DNA from: Zygnema circumcarinatum SAG 698-1b
Taxonomy: Eukaryota; Plantae; Zygnematophyceae
Reading direction: 5' to 3'
NCBI GenBank assembly: GCA_037447605.1
Contig: CM074818.1
Span: forward strand, 2,182,617-2,246,616
DNA length: 64,000 nucleotides
A model generated the notes under the pieces. That model saw only the letters and a list, made by a program, of their open reading frames with translations. It did no database searches and was not told the DNA's origin. Every line of letters begins with the position of its first letter. Position 1 is the stretch's first letter. The translations under genes were made by a program, and so were the position numbers. Shown here piece by piece: positions 1 through 11,815 of the stretch.

Positions 1-128
1 AGTCGCTTCCTCGTGGTTCCCCATCTTGTTGAATTTCTCCACATAACATTTGATGGCCTTGCCATAGTGAGATCGATGTCACAATTCACATCTTCTGCAA
101 CAGTAATGACTGGTATGGACTACCCAAT

Positions 129-329
129 AGGGGGAGTCAGACCTTGACCATCGCTTACGAAATTCCTGAATTCCTTTAACTAAAGCCTCTTCTTTTGTGT
201 AAGAATTCCGGGTCGGGATCCGCGGCTCCGCCAAGCCCAGCCGTACTGAAATGCGTACCTAGCCAATGCTTAATTCGCCCGACAGGCTTACAAAATTGAT
301 AACGCGATGGTCAAGGTCTTACTCCCCCT
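129..329. mobile_element. MITE, AGGGGG-TIR family, copy 1 (~201 bp)
   Basis: Left end agggggagtcagaccttgaccatcgc is the reverse complement of the right end gcgatggtcaaggtcttactccccct (26 bp, 1 mismatch). Flanks are aat / act. Internal sequence is shared with 387-585. Confidence 0.8.
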
Positions 330-386
330 ACTAAGAAAAAAAAGAAAGAAATGGAAGCGGCAAACCAAGGCATTGAATTACCCAAT

Positions 387-585
387 AGGGGGGGTCAGAC
401 TTAGCCCGAGGCGTACTAAATTCCGAATTTAGTATACTAAAAGTCAAAGTTTCGTGTACGAATTCCAGGTCGAGACCCACGGCTCCGACGGCCCCAGCCG
501 TACCGAAATGCGTACCTAGCCAATGCCTAATTCGCCCGACAGGTAACTAAATTGGTTTGGCCATGCTTTATGTCTTACTCCCCCT
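387..585. mobile_element. MITE, AGGGGG-TIR family, copy 2 (~199 bp)
   Basis: Ends agggggggtcagac / gtcttactccccct, with aat on both sides (384-386, 586-588). The internal ~80 bp (cccagccgtac...aattcgcccgacagg) is near-identical to copy 1. Confidence 0.8.
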
Positions 586-1255
586 AATGCATGCAATTAC
601 GCATAGTCGATGTGAACATGGCCTTTATCACACGCATTTCATGGCTTGTGAAACAGTACGCAAGGGACAATCCCACTCAGCTCTCCTCTGTGGAGGAGAG
701 TGGGATTGGAGGGCAAGAGAGAGGAGAGGAAGTGCGAAAGGGTAGCGAGTGGGAAGGGGAAGAGTGGGAGAGTGGGAGAGTGGGAGAGAGGGAGGGAGAG
801 TGCGAGAGGGGGGAATAGAGGGGAGAAAGGAAATGGGGAAGGGTGAGTAGCAGGACTCTCTCTCTCTCTCCCACACGCACACACACACGCCCGTGCAGCC
901 GTTGAGCCTACACAAGAGGGCCGAACTTAGGAGAAAAGTGACCTTTACAACCTCTCGTCAAACACCCCTCCCTCACAATCTCTACGATATAATCATCCAC
1001 TAAAACGATCGACTGTGATTTTTTTTAAGCTCACTCCCCCCCCCCTCCAATACCCTCTCCTCTCCCACTTTCCATCCCTCTCCTTCCTCACTCCCTCCTC
1101 GCTAAGCTCCTATGTAATATGTACTCTCTGACTATCGCACTTCATAGCATCGTATGTCTGCTCCTAAGGAGACAAGTGCCAAAAATCCGTCTATTTGCAG
1201 GCTCACCTTTTGAGCCTTTCAATCCTTTAGGAACTCTCTGCCTCGCTCGGGACAT

Positions 1256-3927
1256 CTAAGCAGCCACAGGCTGGCTGGGGGCGTGTGCGGGTGCTGCCGA
1301 ATGCTCTCCGACCTGTTCAATCGTTTATCAAGAAGTTAGGGATCAAGAAGTTAAAGATCAGGAAATGAAGGATCAAGAAGCTAGGGATCAAGAAGTTAAC
1401 GATCAGGAAATGAAGGATCAAGAAGCTAGGGATCAAGAAGTTAACGATCAGGAAACGAAGGATCAAGAAGCTAGGGATCAAGAAGTTAACGATCAGGAAA
1501 CGAAGGATCAAGAAGCTAGGGATCGAGAAGAAACAGATTGAACAAGTAAGAACAGAGAGAGTTCGAGTTCGTGTTCGAGTTGAGAACAAGGAACAAGGGA
1601 TCAAGAAGGTGGTAACAAGCCGTTCACATATATAAAGGAATTAGGGGTCATGTAATTAGGTTCTGAAAACAACAGGGGTCAAGGAATTAGGGCTTCAATA
1701 ATGAGGCTTGAAGAGATGAGAGTATTCAAGAATTTTCGGGTTTTTCAGGCCAGCAAGAACAGGAGGACAATGCTTGTCCTGGAAGGTATGAAGGCTTACC
1801 TTGGCTGACTTAAAGAGCTCATCCAGGACCTCTGACAGAGTGGGGTGTGCATGCACTGTGAACTTTATGTCCTGTAGAGAGCAAGAGAGGGAGAGAAAAG
1901 GCAGAGGGGAGAAAGTATGTGAGAGAGAAGTAGAGAAGAGAGAGCGAGGCGAAGGCTGTGCAGAAGCAAGAAGTTTGTCAGATTGGAATAATGCACAAGA
2001 TAAAACCATAATCAGCAGAGATAGAGAAATGGACTCAGGAGGGGGCCGGGGGGGAAGCGGGGAGAGAGAGAGTGGGAGGGAGAGAGAGTGGGGGAGAGGG
2101 AGTGAGAGAGTGGGAGGGAGAGAGAGTGGGAGGGAGAGAGATTGTGGCAGTAGCCCAAGGAGCATACCGTAACAGTCTGCTTAGTTGCAATAGCGTTGGA
2201 AGCCTCATGGATGAGATCTGCTGCATGCAGACCGATGATGTGTACTCCAAGAATTTCACCCGTATCTCCCCGGTAGATTAGCTGCACAGCTCTCCCATAA
2301 ATTTGTGAACAAAGGGCTCCAAAATTTCTATAATTTCTTAAAACAATAGTGTAAATATGCAAATTTCCAATATTTGAGGGTCGTTTAAGGATTTTTTGGA
2401 TTCAGGGTTTTCAAAATGGTTCTTGTGGCTACATCCGAGTGGTCCAATCCTGTTAAAACTTTGTGAGCAAGACAGACCCCTTAAGAAATTTGAGTTTCAA
2501 TCTCCTATGAACGAATAGGAGTGAGTTGCTCACCTTCGCCATACCTTCACCCTCATTCTCTGCAAGAGCTTTTGAGTTTGCTTTGAAGCTCGTCTTCGCC
2601 ACTCTCACTTCAAAGCCCTCCTTCTCCGCCTTCTCCCGAGCTGCGGGCTGAACCATTCACTCATTCATTCACAATATAAAGCACAACTCAGTATTGAGAA
2701 TCGTCCTTTTGGGAGCTCAGACTCCAAAGTTCCTTAGTAACATAAGAAAGTTCATATGGAGTTGAAAAGCAGGGTGGGAGTTTGGGCTTTTATCATGCTA
2801 AGAATGGGTCTAGTATGCTTCAAGCAAGCCATGCTTACTCTTTATGTTTGTATGCAACGAAGGGAGGGACACTCACCTCTGTCAAACCAGCCATACTGAT
2901 TTCAGGATGTGTAAAGCATGCAGCCGGAATGCTCAAGTGATTCAACACATTGTGATTGCCCACAAGGTTCTCCACAACTGTTTCCCAGCACCAAACATTA
3001 CAATATATCAGCTTTACAGCTTACCGCTTTACCATCCAACTCCGCATTCATAATGCAGATGAGCAAAGCAGACCTAAACAAAATACACTGCAAAAAGGAT
3101 GAGTGGGGAAGTCTAACACCAGTTGAAAAATACAAATTATCGCATAAACTCCTGCGTACATATCTATACATGTATTCAAGGTATAACATAAACATAAACA
3201 CACCCATGAATGAGGTAAAAAAGGGACATACCAGAGATGCCCTGAGCGCTGGCTGCATGTGCCAACATGAGTTTGCCATTAGCATCTCCTATGCAGTACA
3301 CATGAGGCACCTGCAAAAGTAGAGTCACATAGATAAGGAACTAAGCTCAGCAAAATGCACACACACACTCTCCCGAAAGAGATCGAGAGGGGGGAGAGAG
3401 AGAGAGAGAGGGAGGGACAGCGCACACTCTGCCCTTCCCTCCATTCCCCTCCCCTCCCTCCCTTTTCCTCCCCCACTTCCTCTTCCTCTCTCTGCTGTCC
3501 TCCCCCTTCTCCTGGAGTATCTTCCCCCACCATCCGTACGAGCTACTTCTTTCTAGCCCATATACACTCAGATATACATACTGCTTTCTGAGCTTCCAAA
3601 ATTCTCAGTTGTAGATGAGAACCAATGAATCATACAACCATTGAAAGATAATTCCTATAAAAACTTGGCACGTACCAGTTCTCCATTAGAACCTAGCACT
3701 TGCATCTTTTCGTCCACCGGCACAAAGCCCCGATTCGTCGTAACGCTAATCTGTTGAATCCACATCGTCAATGTTACCCTTTAAAACGCATGCATATCTT
3801 TGTACTATTTTCGTTTGAAAAGCAGAGTTTCATGAAGCTCACTTTCTGAAGGAGCTTAAATTTGACATGTCAAAGCACATCAGAGCAAACGTAACTAGTT
3901 TTGGGGGAGAGGGGGGAGAGAGAGAGG

Positions 3928-4025
<98 letters not shown>

Positions 4026-5867
4026 GAGAGAGAGAAAGAGAGAGAGAGAGAGAGGGGGAGATTAACAAGTTTACTTTCACAGACAATCAAACTTGAAAAC
4101 TGGCTTGAGAAGAGGCACAATAAAACTGCTTACATTTTCGAGCCCGAGTCCTTTTGTGAATGGAGCCCGTCCTGTAGCAATCAGAGCTGCATCGACCTGC
4201 AAATTATGCCACGTCAGCGCCAATTCAGCATTATTAAATTTACTTGCCGAATTGAAGGCAATTCAGATGTCAATCAGCCACAATTCAATTCTCAACGAGT
4301 CGATCCTTAAAACTGTCCAGTGCTAGTAAAAATATTAGATATCGGAACATCAAAATATGTAAAAGGGCTATGGTTCTCACTTCCCGCCGCTCCCCAACAC
4401 TCCGTTCTCTCTCTCGTCCCATCACTCTCCCTCACTCTCTCTCTCCCTCTCTCTCTCTCTCTCACTCTCTGGAATTTCGCAACAATATCTACTATAATCA
4501 CATTTTCACGGCACCTGCACAGTGTTTTTCCACACCACTTACTTCCAAAGTTTCCTTGTACTCCTTAGTCTTAGTATCAATAAGTTCAATTTGAACGGGC
4601 TTTCCATCCTTAGCAGGAGTGATCTGCACATCACAGAACACATTCACAGATTTATAGAAATAGAGGGAAAGCCGCTTCTGAACGCCCATACATTCCTCAT
4701 GTAGCTCTAGTTAAGGCCAAAAGGAATTGATAGCCCAAAGAAAGCAGCTCACATGGATACATGTTTCCACTGTTCCCAGTAGAATGGGAATGGTAGCAGT
4801 TTCTTTTGTCATTACTGAACTTCCATTTTCCTCTCCCTTCTAATCCTCCGCTCCCATACTCTTCATCCCCTCCAACCTCAATGTTCCTCACGACTCTTGC
4901 CTGTCTCCCTAAAATCCGCTCGTTTCCCTTCCAGCACCTTTCAACCTCTCCATCCTCTCTCTCGCTTCCCTCTCTTCTTTCTCTCGTCCCACACTCCCTC
5001 TCTTCTGCTTCCGCCTCATTCACTACCTACAGCCCTTCCTATCCAACAGTCTGCACAAGGCAAATAGGACCCAAAATTCCACAAAAATATGCTCGTACTT
5101 ACCGAAAACACTCCATACAAACCTTCACCTCCAACTTTCACTCTTAACTCCTTCAAATCCTGAATCATGTGGAAAATGTATTCTCTCTCTCTCCCTCTCT
5201 CTCTCTCTCTCTCAAAGTAAAAATGCACCTTCTTTGCGAGGACCCCAATGTGCCAGTCAATCTTGCGGGGGTTGACGAGGATGCGCTGCGCGAGCTTTCC
5301 AATTTCAGGATCAAACCCCGGCATGAGCTGGTCCACTGCTTCAACAAAGGTAACCTGCAGGCAATGGGAGAAGGAGGGAGACAGAAAGGGGGGAGAGGGA
5401 GAGAAAGGGGGGGGGTGGGGGGGAGGGAAGAAGAGAGGAAGAAGCAGGGAGGAGAGAGAGAGAGCGAGAAAGGGAAAGGGAGGGAGGGAAAAAGGGGGAA
5501 GGGGTTGAACGGGTGGGGAGGAGAGAAGGGGGAGCAGAGAGGAAGAGAGGAAGAAATACACACACTGTTTGAGATTTCAAACAAGTGGCTCCCTGAAAAC
5601 ATCCTTCCTGCTGCAGCAGGAAAGGGGGATGAAGGAATGAAGTGTGCTCATACTTATATCTATATTACGTTCAAATATCTCAGAGAATGAATGCAAAAAA
5701 ATCACCTCGCTGCCCAGTGCTGTGTACACATCGCTGAACTCGAGCCCGATGTATCCACTCCCCACGATAGCGATCCAGTCAGGAACCCACTCCAACTTGA
5801 GGGCATGGTCACTAGTGAAGACAGTCTTGCCTGCAGGGGGAGAGAGTGGGGGGGAGAGAGAGAGAGG

Positions 5868-5951
<84 letters not shown>

Positions 5952-7998
5952 CGAGAGAGAGAGAGAGAGGGAGGAGAATGGGAGGGGAGGGAGAGGGAGA
6001 GAGTGAGGGGGGGAGAATGGGAGGGGAGAGAGAGGGAGAGAAAGAGAGGGAGATGAGAGAGGCAAGGAACGGCAAAAGAATGAGCGCAACAAGGGCAAAG
6101 GGAAAACGAGAAAGGGGAAGTTGTTGGAAAGAAATGGAAGGGGAGAGGAGGGGGAGCATACAGCAATACAATTAAGGGAGTGAGAGGAAAAGATAAAAGG
6201 AGAGGAAGGGGGGGGCGAGAGAGAGAGAGAGACCGTGCTAGAGAGAAACCTCCAAATTCCTGAACTAATCATCCACAAAATGTATTCGCGTAATAGCCCG
6301 AGCAGGCTCTCGAGAGCTCGAAAGGTGCCTTTACTGAGGGCTCAAACGGACAACTTACTCACCATCAATTTCAATGCCGGGGGGTACAAATGGGGTAGAG
6401 CCCGTAGCAATGATGATATCTCTTCCTGTGACAATCTTGTCGGGGAATCCAATTTTTCCGTATTTCACTTTTTGTGGACCCTGCACGATATGACCTCATT
6501 CAAAGATTTGTATGAGCATAAGCAAGATCAATTCAAATCAAATCAACTCTTTCCAAGAAAATGGTGCAAAGCCGTCTATAGATGGCTTCGAAATGATTGC
6601 TCGAGGGGTCAGAAACAGGAAGGTGATAGCTCAGAAGCTCTACGAAACAGGAGTGCACAGAAGTATGAAGTTACTCTCTCTCTATCTCTCTCTCAATCTC
6701 TCTCTCTCTCTCTCTCCCTCGTTCTATAGTGGATTAAGGACCCAAGCAACAGCATCGCATACCAGAATGGTTCCAACTCCTGTTAGTATATCCACGCCCA
6801 AAGCCTTCATAGAATTAGTCAGATTGCCGCGAATCTTAGTCGCCAGTCCGTTCGCATGGTCAGCCACCGCCTGCCTATCGTATGAAGCTCCATCGACCTG
6901 AAACAGAAAGACAATCAACCTTTCCATAACTTAGAATTATAATTGTCGGATAAAATGTTCTAGGTCAAGGTCAAGGTTTGGGAGAGGAAACCCTCAAATC
7001 AAGAAGCACTCTAAAAGAGACGACAGTGATAAGGGATGTATTTTTTTGTAAAAGGAGATAACACTCACACATTCTCTCCCTGCCCGCCCCTCTCTTGCTT
7101 TGTCTCTCTCTCGCTCTCGCCGCCTTTCTCACTCTCTTTTTCTGTGTCTCACTTCCTTTCGTTAACTCTTTCTTGCACTACAAAGAAAAATTGGAGGTCG
7201 ATCATTCATTCGCTTTTTAAGAACTACGTCGACACTGTTCACGATTAATTCAGCGACATTATTACCCACCAAACTATTAAAAGTTCTTCTATGGAGCGCA
7301 AGTTTGGAGCAAATTCAAGATCGTTCAAGCCACTCAAAAAAAGAAAAAAAAAAACAGCTAAAAGCTGACCCAAGTCAAGTTTGACTAAAAAAAGACCTTA
7401 CTAAAACTGCCAAACTGCCAAACAATTCATCTTTCTTCTTACTCAACCTCGCTTCCAAACAAAAAAGCTTCAAGAAAAAAGAAACGAGGAACGAACACAA
7501 ATTTATGGCTACAATAACTATAAAACAAGCTTCTAATAATAGCATAGACAGAAAAAGAGAGCTTGAGATGCCCTGTATGTGATCCTGTTGCATGCTTTTC
7601 ACCTTGATTCCGAACGCCTTCAAATGCTCCGCATCTTGAAACTCCCTCATTCTTCCGCTCACTGCAAGCAGCGCCTTTGAGGGAACACAGCCGCGGTTCA
7701 CACATGTGCCTCCGATCACATCGCCTTCAATGATGGCTGTCTTCAAGCCCTGCAAAAGATGCAAAAGATGGGGGATAAAACCAGACATACATACAATCCA
7801 TATGGAGAAATCAGCATATAATCTGAATCGCATTCAATCTAAATCGCATTTGATGTAAGAAAGAAATGTACGGCACGAAATGCACCGTTGTTATTGGTGT
7901 GAATGATGTCTGTGCTGAAACCATGTCAAGTGCATAGACAATTTAGAGAATATGGACAACCAGGTTCAGTCAAGAGACAGCAAGTCAACTCAAGTCAA

Positions 7999-8029
<31 letters not shown>

Positions 8030-8573
8030 CCGAGCTTGACATGGCATGAAAGAATTGGGAAAGGAAGTGGGAAATTCTGATTAACAGGTTCTGAAGAAAA
8101 AATTCAAAGGGAAAAAAGAAACGACCAAAAAGGAAAGCAAGTCAGGGAAAGTGCAGTGCAAAAGCAAGCTGTGATTAAAAAATGATTAAACGATAACTTT
8201 TCCAGCAAGAATGTACACAATATCGTGTAGCAGCAAAGAGAGCATGAGAGCCTTCTCTCACATTCTCCACTGCATGCAGAGCAGCTCCATGGCCTCCAAC
8301 CCCTGCTCCAATAATGATGACGTCATAGTCAAAAGTCGACGCCCCTCCGTTTTCAGCTGCCATGCAGACAGACCGTCTGCCCATTCTTTTGCCTCTGATT
8401 GCTGACGTAGCATGCTCTAAGCTCTTCCAAGAGACGCTTCTTGAAGCTGCGCCGAAGCAGAACTGCTTCCTTTGAAGGCCCTCACATTGAACCATGCTGC
8501 TCTGCTTCTCCGCAGTAGAGGAGGAGGCTCTTGAGATAACAATGGAGGCGCCATGTCTGCAAATAGACGCCAT
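1256..8573 (-). CDS. LPD: Plastid dihydrolipoamide dehydrogenase (E3), about 15 exons
   Basis: Exons (some boundaries approximate): 8573-8262, 7749-7603, 6900-6766, 6480-6364, 5830-5705, 5353-5225, 4620-4537, 4196-4134, 3751-3677, 3310-3232, 2978-2875, 2637-2533, 2280-2170, 1874-1800, 1312-1256. Motifs: FAD-binding IIIGAGVGG, redox disulfide [16 protein letters not shown]-binding [14 protein letters not shown] and HAHPTLSE. N-terminus is Ser/Ala/Arg-rich and transit-peptide-like. Last exon reads [18 protein letters not shown]. Confidence 0.93.
1325..1530. repeat. 45-bp minisatellite built of 15-bp subunits, in the last LPD intron
   Basis: Unit gatcaagaagttaac-gatcaggaaa(t/c)gaag-gatcaagaagctagg repeated about 4.5 times. 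Confidence 0.9.
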
Positions 8574-8689
8574 GATGATGACTTAAAAGCTCCAAAAGAA
8601 GGTAAAAAGTAGCACTCCACCTCTCGCTCCCTCTCCTGCCTTCTCCCTCCCTCTCTCCCTCTGCCACTCTCCCTCCCTCTCTCCTCCTT

Positions 8690-8789
<100 letters not shown>

Positions 8790-9073
8790 TGTCCCTCTCC
8801 CTCTTCTCTCCCTCGTTCCCTTTCCCTCTCTCTCCCGTCCTTTCCCTCCCTCTCTCCCCCACTCAATGCCAGCTCTGAACTCTCTTGTCTCCCCACTTGC
8901 CAAGGATAAGCCCCTCCTGTTGGGACTCGATCCATGCATCTAAATTTCCAACAGTTAAGCATGCAGCGTAAACAGGTTTGTACCCTAATAGACGAAACTA
9001 AAAATATCTATTTTGCATTTTCCATGTGGAAATTTTGAGATCAGCAGTTTCACGTCAAATGCGGAGGGGATGC

Positions 9074-9282
9074 CACGTGTATCACATGTGCGAACAACTC
9101 TCTGATTGGCCAAAATGAAAACCTCGCGGTCGTCCACGTGACACGCTTAGCGGAATTCCCGTTGGTTTCGCCCAATCGCAAGTTTTCGACGGGAAGGGCG
9201 ATTCCAGCCGTCGATCTCCCTCAGAGCGGCCAAAAACCGCAGAATTTCCAAGGGACTGGATAATACAGCCAGGCGCCACGTG
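9074..9282. promoter_or_regulatory. Three G-box (CACGTG) motifs upstream of LPD
   Basis: CACGTG at 9074, 9135 and 9277, 500-700 bp 5' of the LPD ATG. Function is inferred only. Confidence 0.35.
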
Positions 9283-9619
9283 GCATGCTGGTATCGACAC
9301 TGCTGTCATTTTATATGTCAATTACAGCCCACATTTCTGACAACACGCTGATTTCCGAAATAGACTGACCTATTCTGACCGTCGATTTCGTTTCAATGAA
9401 CGGCGTAGATCGGCCAACGGTGTATCTCCCATAGAAACGTCACAAATCCCTAAACCCTCCCCGTCCATTTCCGGACAGACGGTCCAAATGAAGAATGAAC
9501 AAGAACTGAAACTGATGTGAACTTGAGTGAATTTGACTTGGGTGAGAACTCCTGCATTGTAGTTATATATGATATTCGCGTTATGGCCTAAAACTCAGAA
9601 CTCCATAATGAAAAGGAAG

Positions 9620-9790
9620 TGGCATTGATCTTACGATGGCGAGGCCATCAAATGTACATGGACAAACTCAGCATGTGGAACCACGAGGAACTGGTCGCAA
9701 TCCTGTTTCTAGTCCTTGTCCTTTATGACCAGTTCCGCGTGGTTCCCATGATTATTTTGTCCATGTACATTTGAGGGCATCGACATCGTG
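9620..9790. repeat. Imperfect inverted repeat of a dispersed ~60-90 bp motif
   Basis: 9641-9700 (gccatcaaatgtacatggacaaa...ggaaccacgaggaactggtc) versus the reverse complement of 9722-9780. Related copies occur at 1-90 (-) and 34965-35030 (+). Confidence 0.7.
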
Positions 9791-11815
9791 AGACAACATT
9801 TCCCCTTAATCTCTTTAGCAGGACGGATCGAGCATCAGAGGAGACTCGGGATAAAAGGATTGCGAATTCAATACAACAGCTTGAACCCCCCTCCAAGGAT
9901 TTGGAAAGTCCTTTCCTCACTCTCGTCCATACTTTTTCCCTGATGCCCCCCTCCCTCTCCCACTCCCACTCCACTCTCCTTTCATCCATTTTCCTCCGTG
10001 GCATTTCCAAAATCTCTCTCGTCCTGTTCTTCCCTCTCTCCCTCCAAATCATCGTCTCCGTCACTGCCACTCTTTATAGACTTTCTGGCCATTCTCAACA
10101 TCACTTTCCTCACAATGGCCGAATGCTTTGCCTTTGTCAATGCACAGCGAGTCTTTGGAGGCGCCGTCCGTTCCATGCTTATCGTAAAAGGACAGGTCCA
10201 AGGTATGAACGTACGGTAAAAGGACAGATACATCGTAACTCCAATCAATTTCTAATTGCTACACTAGATCCCAACACTCCATACTGACCACCCGCTGCAT
10301 ATGGCAACGCGCAAATGCCCATTGCTTTTCCTTTTCTACAATGAAAAATTCCATTCCTGATTTGTTAAGGGAGCTTCCTTCCCTTCTGGAAAAATATTAC
10401 TTTCGGGGAGACGATTTGGCGCAAGTTTCTTTTGGCTAAAGTGTCAAACTCTCCTGTCACAGCGGAGTACAGGCGGTCTGCAGTGAAGGAATTGTGGGAG
10501 TTAGGGGTGGAGGGAGGGAGGGAGGGAGAGAAAAAGAGGTGAGAAGAGAGAGAGGTAGAGAGAGTGAGAGATAGAGTGGTAATGAGTGGGAGGTGGAGAG
10601 AGCGATATAGAGAGAGAGATAGGGAGAGAGAGGTGGAGAGGGAGAGGGAGAGGAAGAGAGCGATAGAGGGAGGGGTGGAGAGAGAGAGAGAGGTAGAGAG
10701 AATGAGAGATAGAGCGGTAATGAGAGGAAGATGAAAGAGACCGATATAAAGAGGGGGGTAGGGAGAGAGAGGTGGAGAGGGAGAGGGAGAGGAATAGCGG
10801 GGTCGAGGAAGGGGTGAAGAGAGAGGGACGGGTAGAGATAGAGAGGTAGAGCGAATAAGATAGAGAAAGAGAGACAGAAAGAAGGGAGGGACGAGCGAGA
10901 GAGAGAGGGTAGAGAGAGGGAGAGAGTGGGAGGGAGGGCAAGGAGTGGGGAAGAGGAGCGAGAGAGAGGGCAAGGGAGAGAGGGAGAGGGCGAAAGCGAG
11001 TGGGGGCAGGGAGGGAGGGAAAGTGGGAGTGAGGGAAAGATAGATCCGACATACAGTCAAAAAGGATCCCCAACTCATCCGGCACACTTCTCACACCCAT
11101 CATCACAAATCACAGCTCCAAGTTCTCAACATCAATAGTGAGTTCGGGACAGGCAATGTCCATGCTGACTGAATCACCGCCAGGACTGCTGCAACTCATT
11201 TTGAGAAAAGGCATTGCGATTGTCAAAGTAAATATGTCTATAGAGACAAGAAAAGAACTTCCTTGAAGTAATCCTCTTTGGATACATAACCAAATCAACC
11301 ACACTCGCTTGCCTGGAAATGATGTCAGGAAACAATAGAGGGTGAAAAGCTTCACTCTTCTGGAATTCGAAATGAGCACAACGTTTCCCGCAAAGTAAGT
11401 AGTAGCAACGAAATAAAAAGTATCCTTCAAACAAACTCCAGATCAATGTTCTCAAGTCTGAACACAAACTTCACAAAAGGATTTTTACCTTTTTAAACAA
11501 AGCCATCACCGCTTCACATACTCACATCATTCTCGCATGTTATGACTGAAGCATCGTTATATTCCTCAAAGCAAACGTGGGAAGGTGAGAGAGAAGTGAG
11601 AGAGGAGCTGAGGGCCTCAATTGATGGTCCAATGAGACGGTTCTCTCTCTCTCTCTCGCGCTCTCTCTCTCTTTCATCAGCCTATATGGAGGAAATAGTC
11701 ATTTGCACTTAAAATGACACTGTCAGAGCAGCCCCTTGAAGAGCTCAGAGCACATACCCGTTGGTGATGAAGCGCCACATACAATCATTTTGCGATGTAC
11801 TCTGCGATATGGAGC

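Noticed and set aside
3839-6175. (ER)n and (SL)n ORFs here and at 8.4-8.9, 25.0-25.4, 50.2-50.5, 51.9-52.4 and 60.8-61.2 kb
   Set aside because: (GA/CT)n tracts inside introns of recognised genes.
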